This document shows positions 17,630 through 26,339 of a DNA stretch of 39,623 nucleotides, one piece after another. The position numbers were made by a program, and so were the translations under genes. Each line of letters begins with the position of its first letter. Position 1 is the first letter of the stretch. Source of the DNA: an uncultured Actinomycetes bacterium (lineage in GTDB: Bacteria > Actinomycetota > Actinomycetes > Nanopelagicales > Nanopelagicaceae); the NCBI GenBank assembly GCA_903897475.1, contig CAIUBS010000091.1, positions 1-39,623 on the forward strand. The letters run 5' to 3'. A model generated the notes under the pieces. That model saw only the letters and a program-made list of their open reading frames with translations. It had not been told where the DNA came from and searched no databases.

Positions 17630-18496
17630 GTGAGTACGCAAAAGAGATTATTACTAGTACACGCTCATCCAGATGATGAGACGATAAATAATGGCGTAAC
17701 TATGACTAAATATGCTCGAGAAGGAACAAAAGTAACTTTAGTAACCTGCACTCGTGGCGAAGAAGGTGAAGTCTTAATCGAAAGTCTTGCCAATTTAGCC
17801 AGTAGTAGAGATGACAAACTTGGTCAACATCGAGAAGTAGAATTAAAAAATGCAATGCAGCACCTTGGTATTGAAGATTACAGATTTCTAGGTGCGCCAA
17901 ATAAGAAATGGCGCGACAGTGGAATGATTGGGACTGCTCAAAATGAAAGGACTGATGTTTTTTGGCAGGCAAATTTAGAGGAAGCCGCACAAGAATTAGT
18001 CAAAGTTATTCTTGAAACTAAGCCACAAGTTTTAATTACCTATGATGAGTTTGGTGGGTATGGCCATCCAGATCACATAAAAGCAAATCAAGTGGCGATG
18101 AAGGCAGCAGATATGGCAGTTTCGCAAGGCTGGACGATTAGTAAAATTTACTGGAACACAATGCCAAGATCTGTAATTCAAAATGGAATTGAGAAAATGA
18201 AGGAAATTGGATCCAGTTTTTTTGGTGCAGAAAGTGTTGATGACTTGCCATTTGCAAAACCCGATGAATTGGTGACTACAGTAATTAGAGCTAGTGAATA
18301 TGTGCCCCAAAAACTAGAGGCTATGAAAGCCCATGCCACGCAGATATCTGTAGATGGTCCATTTTTTGCCCTTTCAAATAATCTAGGGCTGTCCGTCTGG
18401 GGAGATGAGTATTACACATTGGTAAGAGGTCAAAAATCAGAACCCTTTGATTCAGATGGTCGTGAGTTAGATTTATTTGCTGGAATTAAATTATGA
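17630..18496 (+). CDS. mshB: GlcNAc-Ins deacetylase (mycothiol biosynthesis)
   Basis: LLLVHAHPDDE, VTCTRGEEGE, WRDSGM, GGYGHPDHI, AHATQI, FALSNN; followed by the usual small membrane gene. Confidence 0.92.
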   Translation: MSTQKRLLLVHAHPDDETINNGVTMTKYAREGTKVTLVTCTRGEEGEVLIESLANLASSRDDKLGQHREVELKNAMQHLGIEDYRFLGAPNKKWRDSGMIGTAQNERTDVFWQANLEEAAQELVKVILETKPQVLITYDEFGGYGHPDHIKANQVAMKAADMAVSQGWTISKIYWNTMPRSVIQNGIEKMKEIGSSFFGAESVDDLPFAKPDELVTTVIRASEYVPQKLEAMKAHATQISVDGPFFALSNNLGLSVWGDEYYTLVRGQKSEPFDSDGRELDLFAGIKL

Positions 18497-18816
18497 AATT
18501 AGCTAAATCCATATTATTGGGATTACTAATTGGATTTAGTTCGACCTTGCTCCACAATATTTTCCCACCATTTGGGTTAGTTGGCGCACTTGCCTTAACT
18601 TTCTTAGGAGTTCGAGTATCTGGACAGTTGTTTATGCTTAAACGGTATCAATTTTTAACATCTCTAGCATGGCTCATAGTTGTTATCAGAGCAGGCTCTA
18701 TCGGCTTTGCCGATGAAATATTGATATATGGAAATACCACTGGAAATATTTTTCTTCTAGGTGGATTTCTGGCATTACTTTTGGGACTAATCTCAAAAAG
18801 AACTTTTAGTCGCTAA
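18493..18816 (+). CDS. Small four-TM membrane protein (Rv1171/DUF6113-like)
   Basis: Hydrophobic 107 aa, ATGA overlap with mshB; family assigned mainly by position. Confidence 0.7.
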   Translation: MKLAKSILLGLLIGFSSTLLHNIFPPFGLVGALALTFLGVRVSGQLFMLKRYQFLTSLAWLIVVIRAGSIGFADEILIYGNTTGNIFLLGGFLALLLGLISKRTFSR

Positions 18817-20224
18817 TAAGCCAATTCCAAGTTTGCCCATCTTTACTATCATTAACTGCGATTCCATTTTCAGATAATAAATCACGCAGACGATCACTTT
18901 CCGAAAAATTACCTTCAGATCTAGCTTTCTGCCGTTGAATTAAAATCTCATTCAAGTGATCAGGCAGATTTTTACTCTGATTTGGTGGATTAAAAAGATC
19001 TAACCCAAATAATTTATCTATTTTATTAAATACTTCCAACTTAACACCATCACTTATTGATTGAGATTTTTCAATACTTCTAATCTTCTGTAGTGCTCGA
19101 GGAGTATCAAGATCATCGCATAGATCTGCAACAATTTGGCTAATCAAGATTTCACCTTCATCACTTTGCATAGAGTCACTAGCTTGCCAAATTAAGATTT
19201 TTTCACGCCACCTTTGTAGTAGTTGATGAGCTGCTTTTAGGCTATCCCAACTTAAATCCATTTGACTTCGGTATCGATTCTCTAAAAAGCATAATCTAAG
19301 AGCAAGTGGATCGATATTTCGTGCAATTAAGTCTGATACCAATACAACATTATTAGAGCTCTTAGCCATTTTTCTACCCTCAAATAAGAGGTGCTCTCCA
19401 TGAAGCCACAGCGCAACAGCCTCTTTATCGATTATGCAATTAGATTGCGCTCTCTCATTTTCATGATGAGGAAATCTCAGATCGATACCGCCTAAATGTA
19501 AATCGACGAATCCGTTGAGGTAGTGAAGAGACATAGCTGAACACTCAACATGCCAGCCTGGAAACCCGTTACCCCATGGCGAATTCCAAATCATCTGTGT
19601 TCGATTCTCCGCAGCTTTCCATAGTGCCCAGTCAGCATGAAATCTTTTGGCACCAGCTTCACTATATTCAAATCGGTGACCGGGCTTAAGTGAATCTAAT
19701 CTGTTTCCACTGATTGCTCCATAACTAGGAAATGTTTGTGCAGAGAAATAAACACAGTTATCGCTACCAACATAGGCGTGATCTTTTTTAATCAACTCAT
19801 TAATGAGATTATGCATAAGATCGATGCATTCACTTGCCTTTGGATACTTATCAGCTGGAGTTATATTTAATAGTTTTAAATCAGTATGAAAGCGAGCTTC
19901 ATAAATTTTAGCTATCTCATAAGGATCTTTAGATTCAGCCTTTGCTTGAGCCAATATTTTATCTTCAACAAAATCTTCTGACATATGACCAACATCGGTA
20001 ATGTTCTGGATAAATCTAATTTCATATCCAATATATTTTGCAAGCCTAATTACTATGTCTGAAAGTAAAAAAGTTCTCATATTCCCAACGTGAGCATCTC
20101 GATAAACAGTTGGACCACAACCATAAATTCTTAGACTTTTTCCATCACTACTTTTCAAAGCTTGAAGTTTGCGAGTCTTGGTATCAAAAAGATTAATTAC
20201 AGGTAACTCTTTGGTAGTCATCAT
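18806..20224 (-). CDS. cysS: Cysteine--tRNA ligase
   Basis: CGPTVY..AHVGN (HIGH), GFPGWHVECSAM, DLRFPHHENE, KMAKS (KMSKS), C-terminal R..AR...F..SD.LRD.L anticodon domain. Confidence 0.93.
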   Translation of the reverse strand: MMTTKELPVINLFDTKTRKLQALKSSDGKSLRIYGCGPTVYRDAHVGNMRTFLLSDIVIRLAKYIGYEIRFIQNITDVGHMSEDFVEDKILAQAKAESKDPYEIAKIYEARFHTDLKLLNITPADKYPKASECIDLMHNLINELIKKDHAYVGSDNCVYFSAQTFPSYGAISGNRLDSLKPGHRFEYSEAGAKRFHADWALWKAAENRTQMIWNSPWGNGFPGWHVECSAMSLHYLNGFVDLHLGGIDLRFPHHENERAQSNCIIDKEAVALWLHGEHLLFEGRKMAKSSNNVVLVSDLIARNIDPLALRLCFLENRYRSQMDLSWDSLKAAHQLLQRWREKILIWQASDSMQSDEGEILISQIVADLCDDLDTPRALQKIRSIEKSQSISDGVKLEVFNKIDKLFGLDLFNPPNQSKNLPDHLNEILIQRQKARSEGNFSESDRLRDLLSENGIAVNDSKDGQTWNWLISD

Positions 20225-20403
20225 TTACTGGGCACAATCTTCCATACCGCTATCTTTGCCAGATCAAAGGAAACTAGCGAACCATCTTTTTTGCGCACAG
20301 TGTTTTCGCTCTCTAAAACCCCCAAAATATCCCGAAAACCCCCATCAGGATCATGTAAGCGGATACTCACCCGCTGGCCGATATGAGCCGCTGATGGCTG
20401 CAT
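20221..20403 (-). CDS. Small SH3-like protein resembling the N-terminal domain of Rv0428c-type GNAT acetyltransferases
   Basis: MQPSAAHIGQRVSIRL.....FRDILGVL......RKKDG......I..WK.VP; strong SD AGGAGGAG upstream; ATGA overlap with cysS. Confidence 0.7.
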   Translation of the reverse strand: MQPSAAHIGQRVSIRLHDPDGGFRDILGVLESENTVRKKDGSLVSFDLAKIAVWKIVPSK

Positions 20404-20492
20404 TTGGCTCCTCCTATTAAACTTAGCCAGACTTATCAATATTGATGGCAGTATTCTCCTCCTAACTAGGTGGATTGACTGTAAGGAGAAGC

Positions 20493-20813
20493 GTGACCTA
20501 CATAATTGCTCAACCATGTGTTGATGTTAAGGACAAATCCTGTATTGAAGAGTGCCCAGTTGATTGCATCTATGAGGGTGATCGAATGCTATACATCCAA
20601 CCTGATGAGTGCGTGGACTGTGGAGCTTGTGAGCCAGTTTGTCCGGTTGAGGCAATTTACTATGAAGATGATGTCCCAGCTCAGTGGAAAAATTTTAGTG
20701 AAGTCAATAGCAAGTTCTTTGTTGAAATTGGATCTCCCGGTGGTGCAGCAAAGTTGGGTGCAATCGGTAAAGATCATGAAGTAGTTGCTGCACTTCCACC
20801 ACAAGAGAAATAA
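20493..20813 (+). CDS. fdxA: 7Fe ([3Fe-4S][4Fe-4S]) ferredoxin
   Basis: TYIIAQPCVDVKDKSCIEECPVDCIYEG, ECVDCGACEPVCPV; GTG 20493 after AAGGAG. Confidence 0.96.
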   Translation: MTYIIAQPCVDVKDKSCIEECPVDCIYEGDRMLYIQPDECVDCGACEPVCPVEAIYYEDDVPAQWKNFSEVNSKFFVEIGSPGGAAKLGAIGKDHEVVAALPPQEK

Positions 20814-20819
20814 GTTTTT

Positions 20820-21866
20820 CTGAAGCTGCCAGATTTTCCCTGGGATCTTTTGGCGCCTTATGGCGAAAAAGCTAAAAAATATTTAGGTGGCTTCATAGAC
20901 TTATCGCAAGGAACTCCAGTTGATCCAACACCAAAATTTATTCAAGATGCTTTAGCAAATGCGAGTAACTCACCAAGCTATCCACTTACTGCTGGTAGTC
21001 CGCAATTAAAAGATGCAATTAGAAAGTGGGCAATATCAAATCTTGGCGCCACTGGCGAGTTTGATGTTCTACCAGTAATCGGTTCAAAAGAGTTTGTGGC
21101 ACTTTTGCCTACATTTTTGCAAAGTAAAGCAGTGCTATATCCAAAGGTTGCTTATCCAACTTATTTAGTTGGTGCATTAATGGCATCAGCAAATGCAATT
21201 CCAGTTGAGATCGACGCTAAGAGTTGGCCAGTCGCTGATTTAGCTTGGATAAACTCGCCATCAAATCCAACAGGGCAAGTTCAAAGTGATAGTGAAATTT
21301 TGGCTGCAATTAATTGGGCAAGAGAAAATGGATCAATAGTTGCAAGTGATGAGTGTTATTTGTCATTTTCAAACCAAGCCAAATCAATATTGCATATAGC
21401 TGCGGGTAACAATCAAGGAGTATTAGCCGTTCATTCACTTTCAAAACGTTCAAACTTAGCGGGCTATCGAGCTGCCTTTGTGATCGGCGATTCAAAGTTA
21501 ATTGATCAAATTAGACAGATTAGAAAACATGCAGGTCTTATGGTTCCACTTCCAGTGCAGCAAGCAATGATCGCAGCCTTATCTGATAATGATCATGCCA
21601 TAGAACAGGCTCAGCGTTATGAGAAAAGAAGGACAAGCTTAGTTTCAGTACTTTTAGAGAAAGGTTTTACTATTGAACATAGTAAAGCTGGCTTATATAT
21701 CTGGTGTAGTAAGAATGAGGATTGTTATAAAACAGTTGATTGGTTTGCAGATCTGGGCATTTTAGTCACCCCAGGTAGTTTTTACGGCAGTGAAAAATTT
21801 ATTAGAATTGCTTTAACTGCAAGTGATGAAAGTATTAATCAAGTAGTTGAGAGATTGAAATTATGA
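20820..21866 (+). CDS. dapC: N-succinyldiaminopimelate aminotransferase
   Basis: LPDFPWD N-terminus, DLSQGTPVDPTP, NSPSNPTG, SDECY, SLSKRSNLAGYR (PLP lysine); fdxA-dapC synteny; start proposed at CTG 20820. Confidence 0.9.
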   Translation: MKLPDFPWDLLAPYGEKAKKYLGGFIDLSQGTPVDPTPKFIQDALANASNSPSYPLTAGSPQLKDAIRKWAISNLGATGEFDVLPVIGSKEFVALLPTFLQSKAVLYPKVAYPTYLVGALMASANAIPVEIDAKSWPVADLAWINSPSNPTGQVQSDSEILAAINWARENGSIVASDECYLSFSNQAKSILHIAAGNNQGVLAVHSLSKRSNLAGYRAAFVIGDSKLIDQIRQIRKHAGLMVPLPVQQAMIAALSDNDHAIEQAQRYEKRRTSLVSVLLEKGFTIEHSKAGLYIWCSKNEDCYKTVDWFADLGILVTPGSFYGSEKFIRIALTASDESINQVVERLKL

Positions 21867-22834
21867 CAACTAGTGCAATTTTGCTAGTAGGTGGTAGGGG
21901 AACAAGACTTTTGCCTCTAACTCAACACACTCCAAAACCAATGCTAGAGGTTGCAGGTGTTCCTTTTACTGAACATCAAATAAGAAAGGCAGCCGAGGCT
22001 GGAATTAGTGAGATTGTGTTAGCAACCTCATACAAAGCAGATTTATTCGAGCCTTATTTTGGTAGCGGAGAAAAATTTGGCATAAAAATTAAGTATGCCT
22101 TTGAAACTACCGCTTTAGGAACCGGAGGTGGCATTAAAAATGCTGCTGCATCACTTGGGGCTTGTGATCAGGTTGTAATTTTTAATGGAGATGTATTAAG
22201 TGGACATGATTTAGGCAAACAGATTGAATTTCACAAAAGTAGTAATGCTGATGTGACTTTATACTTAACGCAGGTTATTGATGCAAGAGCTTACGGATGT
22301 GTTGAGGTAGATAACGATAAAAGAGTGAAATCGTTTTTAGAAAAAATGGATAATCCAGTTAGTAACTTAATTAATGCTGGCTGTTACATATTTAATCCAG
22401 ATGTTATTAGTTCAATTCCAGTAGATCAGGTGGTAAGTGTTGAGCGGCAAACCTTTCCAGATCTCATTTCATCTGGTGCAAAAGTTTTTGGATACATTGA
22501 TAACTCCTACTGGTTAGATATTGGCACTCCAGCTGCACTAGTAAAGGCATCTGCCGATTTAGTTACGGGTAAAATAAAATCAACTGCCACCCCAAATCAT
22601 TTAGGAGAGTGTTTGGTTTCAAATACGGCGCAATTAGATCCAACTGCTTTGATTGAAAGGGGCTCGGTGATTAGCCCTGAAGTAGTAGTTGAGGCAGGTT
22701 CTAAAATTTCAGGTTCGATAATTGGAAGTGGTGCAAAAATTGCCAGCAACTGCGTAATTGTTGATTCAATAATTGCGCCAAATACCCAAATAACGGCTGG
22801 AATGCTCGTATTTTCTAATTATTTAGGGTTTTAA
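21863..22834 (+). CDS. manC: Mannose-1-phosphate guanylyltransferase (NDP-sugar synthase)
   Basis: AILLVGGRGTRLLPLT...PKPML, LGTGG, NGDV, FLEK, INAGCY, WLDIGTP, C-terminal left-handed beta-helix. Confidence 0.88.
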   Translation: MTTSAILLVGGRGTRLLPLTQHTPKPMLEVAGVPFTEHQIRKAAEAGISEIVLATSYKADLFEPYFGSGEKFGIKIKYAFETTALGTGGGIKNAAASLGACDQVVIFNGDVLSGHDLGKQIEFHKSSNADVTLYLTQVIDARAYGCVEVDNDKRVKSFLEKMDNPVSNLINAGCYIFNPDVISSIPVDQVVSVERQTFPDLISSGAKVFGYIDNSYWLDIGTPAALVKASADLVTGKIKSTATPNHLGECLVSNTAQLDPTALIERGSVISPEVVVEAGSKISGSIIGSGAKIASNCVIVDSIIAPNTQITAGMLVFSNYLGF

Positions 22835-22858
22835 GCCCACAGATTGGCCGATATCAAC

Positions 22859-22890
22859 TTGACTTATTAGAGTTACAAGCGTGTAATTCT
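22859..22890 (+). promoter_or_regulatory. whiB promoter with overlapping inverted repeat
   Basis: TTGACT (22859-22864), 17 nt, TGTAAT; inverted repeat AGAGTTACA-agcg-TGTAATTCT (22869-22890). Confidence 0.55.
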
Positions 22891-22956
22891 CTTATTGCGG
22901 GCACACCCTGGCCCTTTAAGCAGTGCAAGTACTACACGAAATTCTAAGGAGTGAAG

Positions 22957-23223
22957 ATGTCAGATCAACGCGCAGAGCTTGCTGCCCTAGTAGTTTCATC
23001 AGAACAGCTTTCATGGCAGGAGAGGGCGCTATGCGCTCAAACCGACCCCGAGGCATTCTTTCCTGAGAAGGGTGGCTCAACTCGTGAGGCTAAAAGGGTA
23101 TGCCTATCCTGTGAGGTGCGCTCTGAGTGTCTTGAGTACGCGCTAGCGCATGATGAGCGGTTTGGAATATGGGGCGGATTATCTGAACGTGAACGCCGCC
23201 GCTTAAAGCGCCGTACCGCTTAA
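22957..23223 (+). CDS. whiB: WhiB family Fe-S transcription factor (WhiB/WhiB2 orthologue)
   Basis: WQERALCAQTDPEAFFPEKGGSTREAKRVC..CEVR..CLEYAL..DERFGIWGGLSERERR; SD AAGGAG. Confidence 0.96.
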   Translation: MSDQRAELAALVVSSEQLSWQERALCAQTDPEAFFPEKGGSTREAKRVCLSCEVRSECLEYALAHDERFGIWGGLSERERRRLKRRTA

Positions 23224-23231
23224 AATAACGG

Positions 23232-26200
23232 GTGGCTGAAAAGCAGAGCACCGTAGTACAGGTTAAAGACCAGTATGTAACAGCAATTCTAGTTACACAC
23301 AATGGTGTTACTTGGTTAAGTGAGGTTGTTGCCTCTTTATCATCACAAAAACATTTACCAGATCAAATTATTGCAGTTGATAATGGCTCTACCGATGGTT
23401 CAGTTAAATTATTAAGTAATGCTGGAATTCCAGTAATAAAACAATCTAAAACAGCTGGGTTTGGTTCAGCTGTTGCAACCGCGGTATCAAAGTTACCGGC
23501 GCCGAAAGATGAAAATAATGAATGGCTTTGGATAATTCATGATGATTGTGCACCCGATAAATTTGCGCTCGCTAAATTATTAGAAGCAGTAGTTGAGCGA
23601 CCTCAGGTTGCAATTGCTGGACCTAAAATCTTAGGTTGGTATGACCGTAAACATATTCTCGAAGCCGGCGTTAGCATTACTGAAAATGGAACTAGATGGA
23701 CTGGACTTGAAAATAGAGAGCATGATCAAGGTCAACATGATGATGTAAACACTGTACTAGCAGTCAGTAGCGCTGGAATGTTAATTAAGAGATCAGTTTT
23801 TGAAGAGCTTGGTGGCTTTGATCCAAGCCTTGAGTTGTTTAGAGATGATGTTGATTTAGGTTGGCGCGCAAATATTGCTGGCTACGCTGTTATTTGTGTA
23901 GGACAGGCAGTTCTTTATCATGCCGAGGCTTCCTCAACGGAGCGCAGATCTGTTGATGTTAAAGATGCAATTTTACATAGACCACTTCTTTTAGATAGAA
24001 GAAATGCCGCTTTTGTTTTGCTTGCAAACTCAAGTTGGTGGATTCTGCCATGGGTTGCAATTCAACTTTTGTTTACTTCTATTGGTAGATCCATAATTTA
24101 CTTACTTGCAAAGCTACCAGGTTATGCTGCAGATGAGATTGCAGCCATTGGCTTATTGATATTTAAGCCAGCAGATTTGGTCAAATCCAGAAGGTATCGA
24201 AAGCAAAATAGAGTTTTAACTGCGCGAGTAATCAAGCAATTTATTCCATCTCGCACGATTCAAATTAGAGCAACGATAGAGCGAATCTCAACTTCAGTAA
24301 CTAATGCTTTTAAACCTAACAAATCAAGCAGTAACTCGCAAAAGGTTAGGAGTTACTCAGATATTGGCGTAATAGATGAAAGTTTTGACGATATTGAATT
24401 TGTTGAAAGCAAAAGTTTTGCAAAAATAAGAGCTTTAGCAAAACAACCATTCTTATTTGGCCTATTGGTAGTTTCAATTTTTACAATTATTTACTCAAGA
24501 AATAGATTTGGATCTTTATCCGGTGGGGCCTTGCCAGTATCGCCAGATAGTGCAATGTATTTAGTTAGGGATTTTGTGAGCTCTTGGCACCTCGTTGGAC
24601 TAGGTAGTAGCACGCCAGCTCCACTTTGGATATTGATTACAGCAGGTGCCTCATCAATTACTGCTGGCAACCCGCAGATATTTACTTATCTATTCTTCTT
24701 TACTCTTCCAGTCTTTTTATACTCATTGGCATATAGATCTGCTCGCAGGTACTCACTCACCAATTACTCAGCTTCATTTATTGGTCTTATTTATGCAATT
24801 TCACCAGTGGTTTTAACATCAATTAATCAGGGCAGAATTGGAACGCTGGTTGTGGCAATCTTATTGCCAGTAATTTTTACATCTCTTCATGAACACAAAG
24901 CCCTGGCTACTTTAAAATGGCGAAAGCTTTATTTGGTCACAATTTTTGCAGCCATAGCGGCAACTTTTTCGCCAGCATTTTTGCTGTTTTGGTCTTTCTA
25001 TCATCTTTATCAATTAGTAATGTTTTATGCAACTCTTAAGAAAAGTAGGAGTTTTAAATGGCAGGAAATTTTAAAAAATCTTAATCAGGAAGAGATAAGA
25101 AAACGGGCAGCACTGATCATTACTCCTATTTTAATAAACCTTCCAATCTCACTTTCAGTTCTTGCAAGCCCCATCACAAAACTGCTTGAACCAGGCTTAC
25201 CCCTATCTGCAGGCGAGCCACTTTCCATACTTTTGTTTAACCCAGGAGGACCGACCTCGCCGTCAATATATATAGTCGCGCCTTTTATTTTGTACTTACT
25301 AATTGTCTTGATAAGTAAGGATCAAAGAGGAAATGGCCTATTAGCATTAATAGTTTTAATCTCAAGCATTACCTTGTCCTCATACTTTGTTTCATCCAAT
25401 AATGGTGGTATTCAGAGAGTTTGGACTGGTTCGCTTCTAGTTTTTGCTCAATTTATTTTGCTGTTAAGTATTTTTGCAGTTGCCGAGCGCTTGCTTCCAC
25501 AATTACGAAAAATAGATCTTGGTTACAAACATTTTGCCTCAGCTATAACTACATTAGTTACCGTCATCTCGGCACTAACAATTACAGGTTGGGCATTAAC
25601 AACTGGATCAAACTCCCTGGTTCGAACAGATAATGAACAGGTCATTCCAGCATTTATATCTGATTTAGCAACTACAAGTGAAAAACCAAAAACATTAGTA
25701 GTAAGAAAGTATCAGGATCAAATTAAATACTTTATTACTAGAGGAAGTGATTTGATCATCGGAGATCCAGATGTTTCAAGTCAAACTCCTGAGATTGTTC
25801 ATCAATCTGTTGTTGATTTGTTTAATGGTATTGGCGCAAGTAGTAGTCAGATATTGGGCTACTATGGAATTCAGTATATTTTTATGAAAAATCCAGCAGA
25901 TCCGGCATTAGTGAGAACTATAGATGGGATTGGTGGGTTTACGAGAAGCTCAGCTACAAAGGATGGAGTAATTTGGAAAGTTAATAAAGCCCATGCCAGA
26001 GTCTCTTTTCAAAATAAGAATGGACAATTTTTTACCATAAACTCAACTGATAAAAGTGCTAATGGTTATGTTTCTTCCGAAGGAATTGTAATTGTGGCAG
26101 AAAAATTTGATCCATCCTGGAAGCTATTATTAAATGGTAGAGAAGTAGCTTTAGAAAAAAATGAATTTGGGCTACCGATTTTTAGAATTAATCAGCCAGG

Positions 26201-26339
26201 AGAGGTGTTAGTCACTCATGATGGAACTGCAAGACGGGGATGGATTTCTATCCAATTAATAGTAATTTTATCGGTGATCATTTTGGCTTTGCCATCGGGG
26301 CGCAAACGCAAAGAAGTTCCCCTTGAGGAATTACTATGA
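23232..26339 (+). CDS. Large GT2 glycosyltransferase with polytopic membrane and extracellular C-terminal regions
   Basis: VTAILVTHNG, AVDNGSTD, WIIHDDCAP, DDVDLGWR; many TM segments; typical position after whiB. Confidence 0.9.
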   Translation: MAEKQSTVVQVKDQYVTAILVTHNGVTWLSEVVASLSSQKHLPDQIIAVDNGSTDGSVKLLSNAGIPVIKQSKTAGFGSAVATAVSKLPAPKDENNEWLWIIHDDCAPDKFALAKLLEAVVERPQVAIAGPKILGWYDRKHILEAGVSITENGTRWTGLENREHDQGQHDDVNTVLAVSSAGMLIKRSVFEELGGFDPSLELFRDDVDLGWRANIAGYAVICVGQAVLYHAEASSTERRSVDVKDAILHRPLLLDRRNAAFVLLANSSWWILPWVAIQLLFTSIGRSIIYLLAKLPGYAADEIAAIGLLIFKPADLVKSRRYRKQNRVLTARVIKQFIPSRTIQIRATIERISTSVTNAFKPNKSSSNSQKVRSYSDIGVIDESFDDIEFVESKSFAKIRALAKQPFLFGLLVVSIFTIIYSRNRFGSLSGGALPVSPDSAMYLVRDFVSSWHLVGLGSSTPAPLWILITAGASSITAGNPQIFTYLFFFTLPVFLYSLAYRSARRYSLTNYSASFIGLIYAISPVVLTSINQGRIGTLVVAILLPVIFTSLHEHKALATLKWRKLYLVTIFAAIAATFSPAFLLFWSFYHLYQLVMFYATLKKSRSFKWQEILKNLNQEEIRKRAALIITPILINLPISLSVLASPITKLLEPGLPLSAGEPLSILLFNPGGPTSPSIYIVAPFILYLLIVLISKDQRGNGLLALIVLISSITLSSYFVSSNNGGIQRVWTGSLLVFAQFILLLSIFAVAERLLPQLRKIDLGYKHFASAITTLVTVISALTITGWALTTGSNSLVRTDNEQVIPAFISDLATTSEKPKTLVVRKYQDQIKYFITRGSDLIIGDPDVSSQTPEIVHQSVVDLFNGIGASSSQILGYYGIQYIFMKNPADPALVRTIDGIGGFTRSSATKDGVIWKVNKAHARVSFQNKNGQFFTINSTDKSANGYVSSEGIVIVAEKFDPSWKLLLNGREVALEKNEFGLPIFRINQPGEVLVTHDGTARRGWISIQLIVILSVIILALPSGRKRKEVPLEELL

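Noticed and set aside
18806-20224. Calling this gene mshC because it neighbours mshB
   Set aside because: Has CGPTVY and a C-terminal anticodon-binding domain, which indicate CysRS rather than MshC
20404-20517. N-terminal extension of the 98-aa minus ORF
   Set aside because: Overlaps the fdxA start; a strong SD precedes ATG 20403
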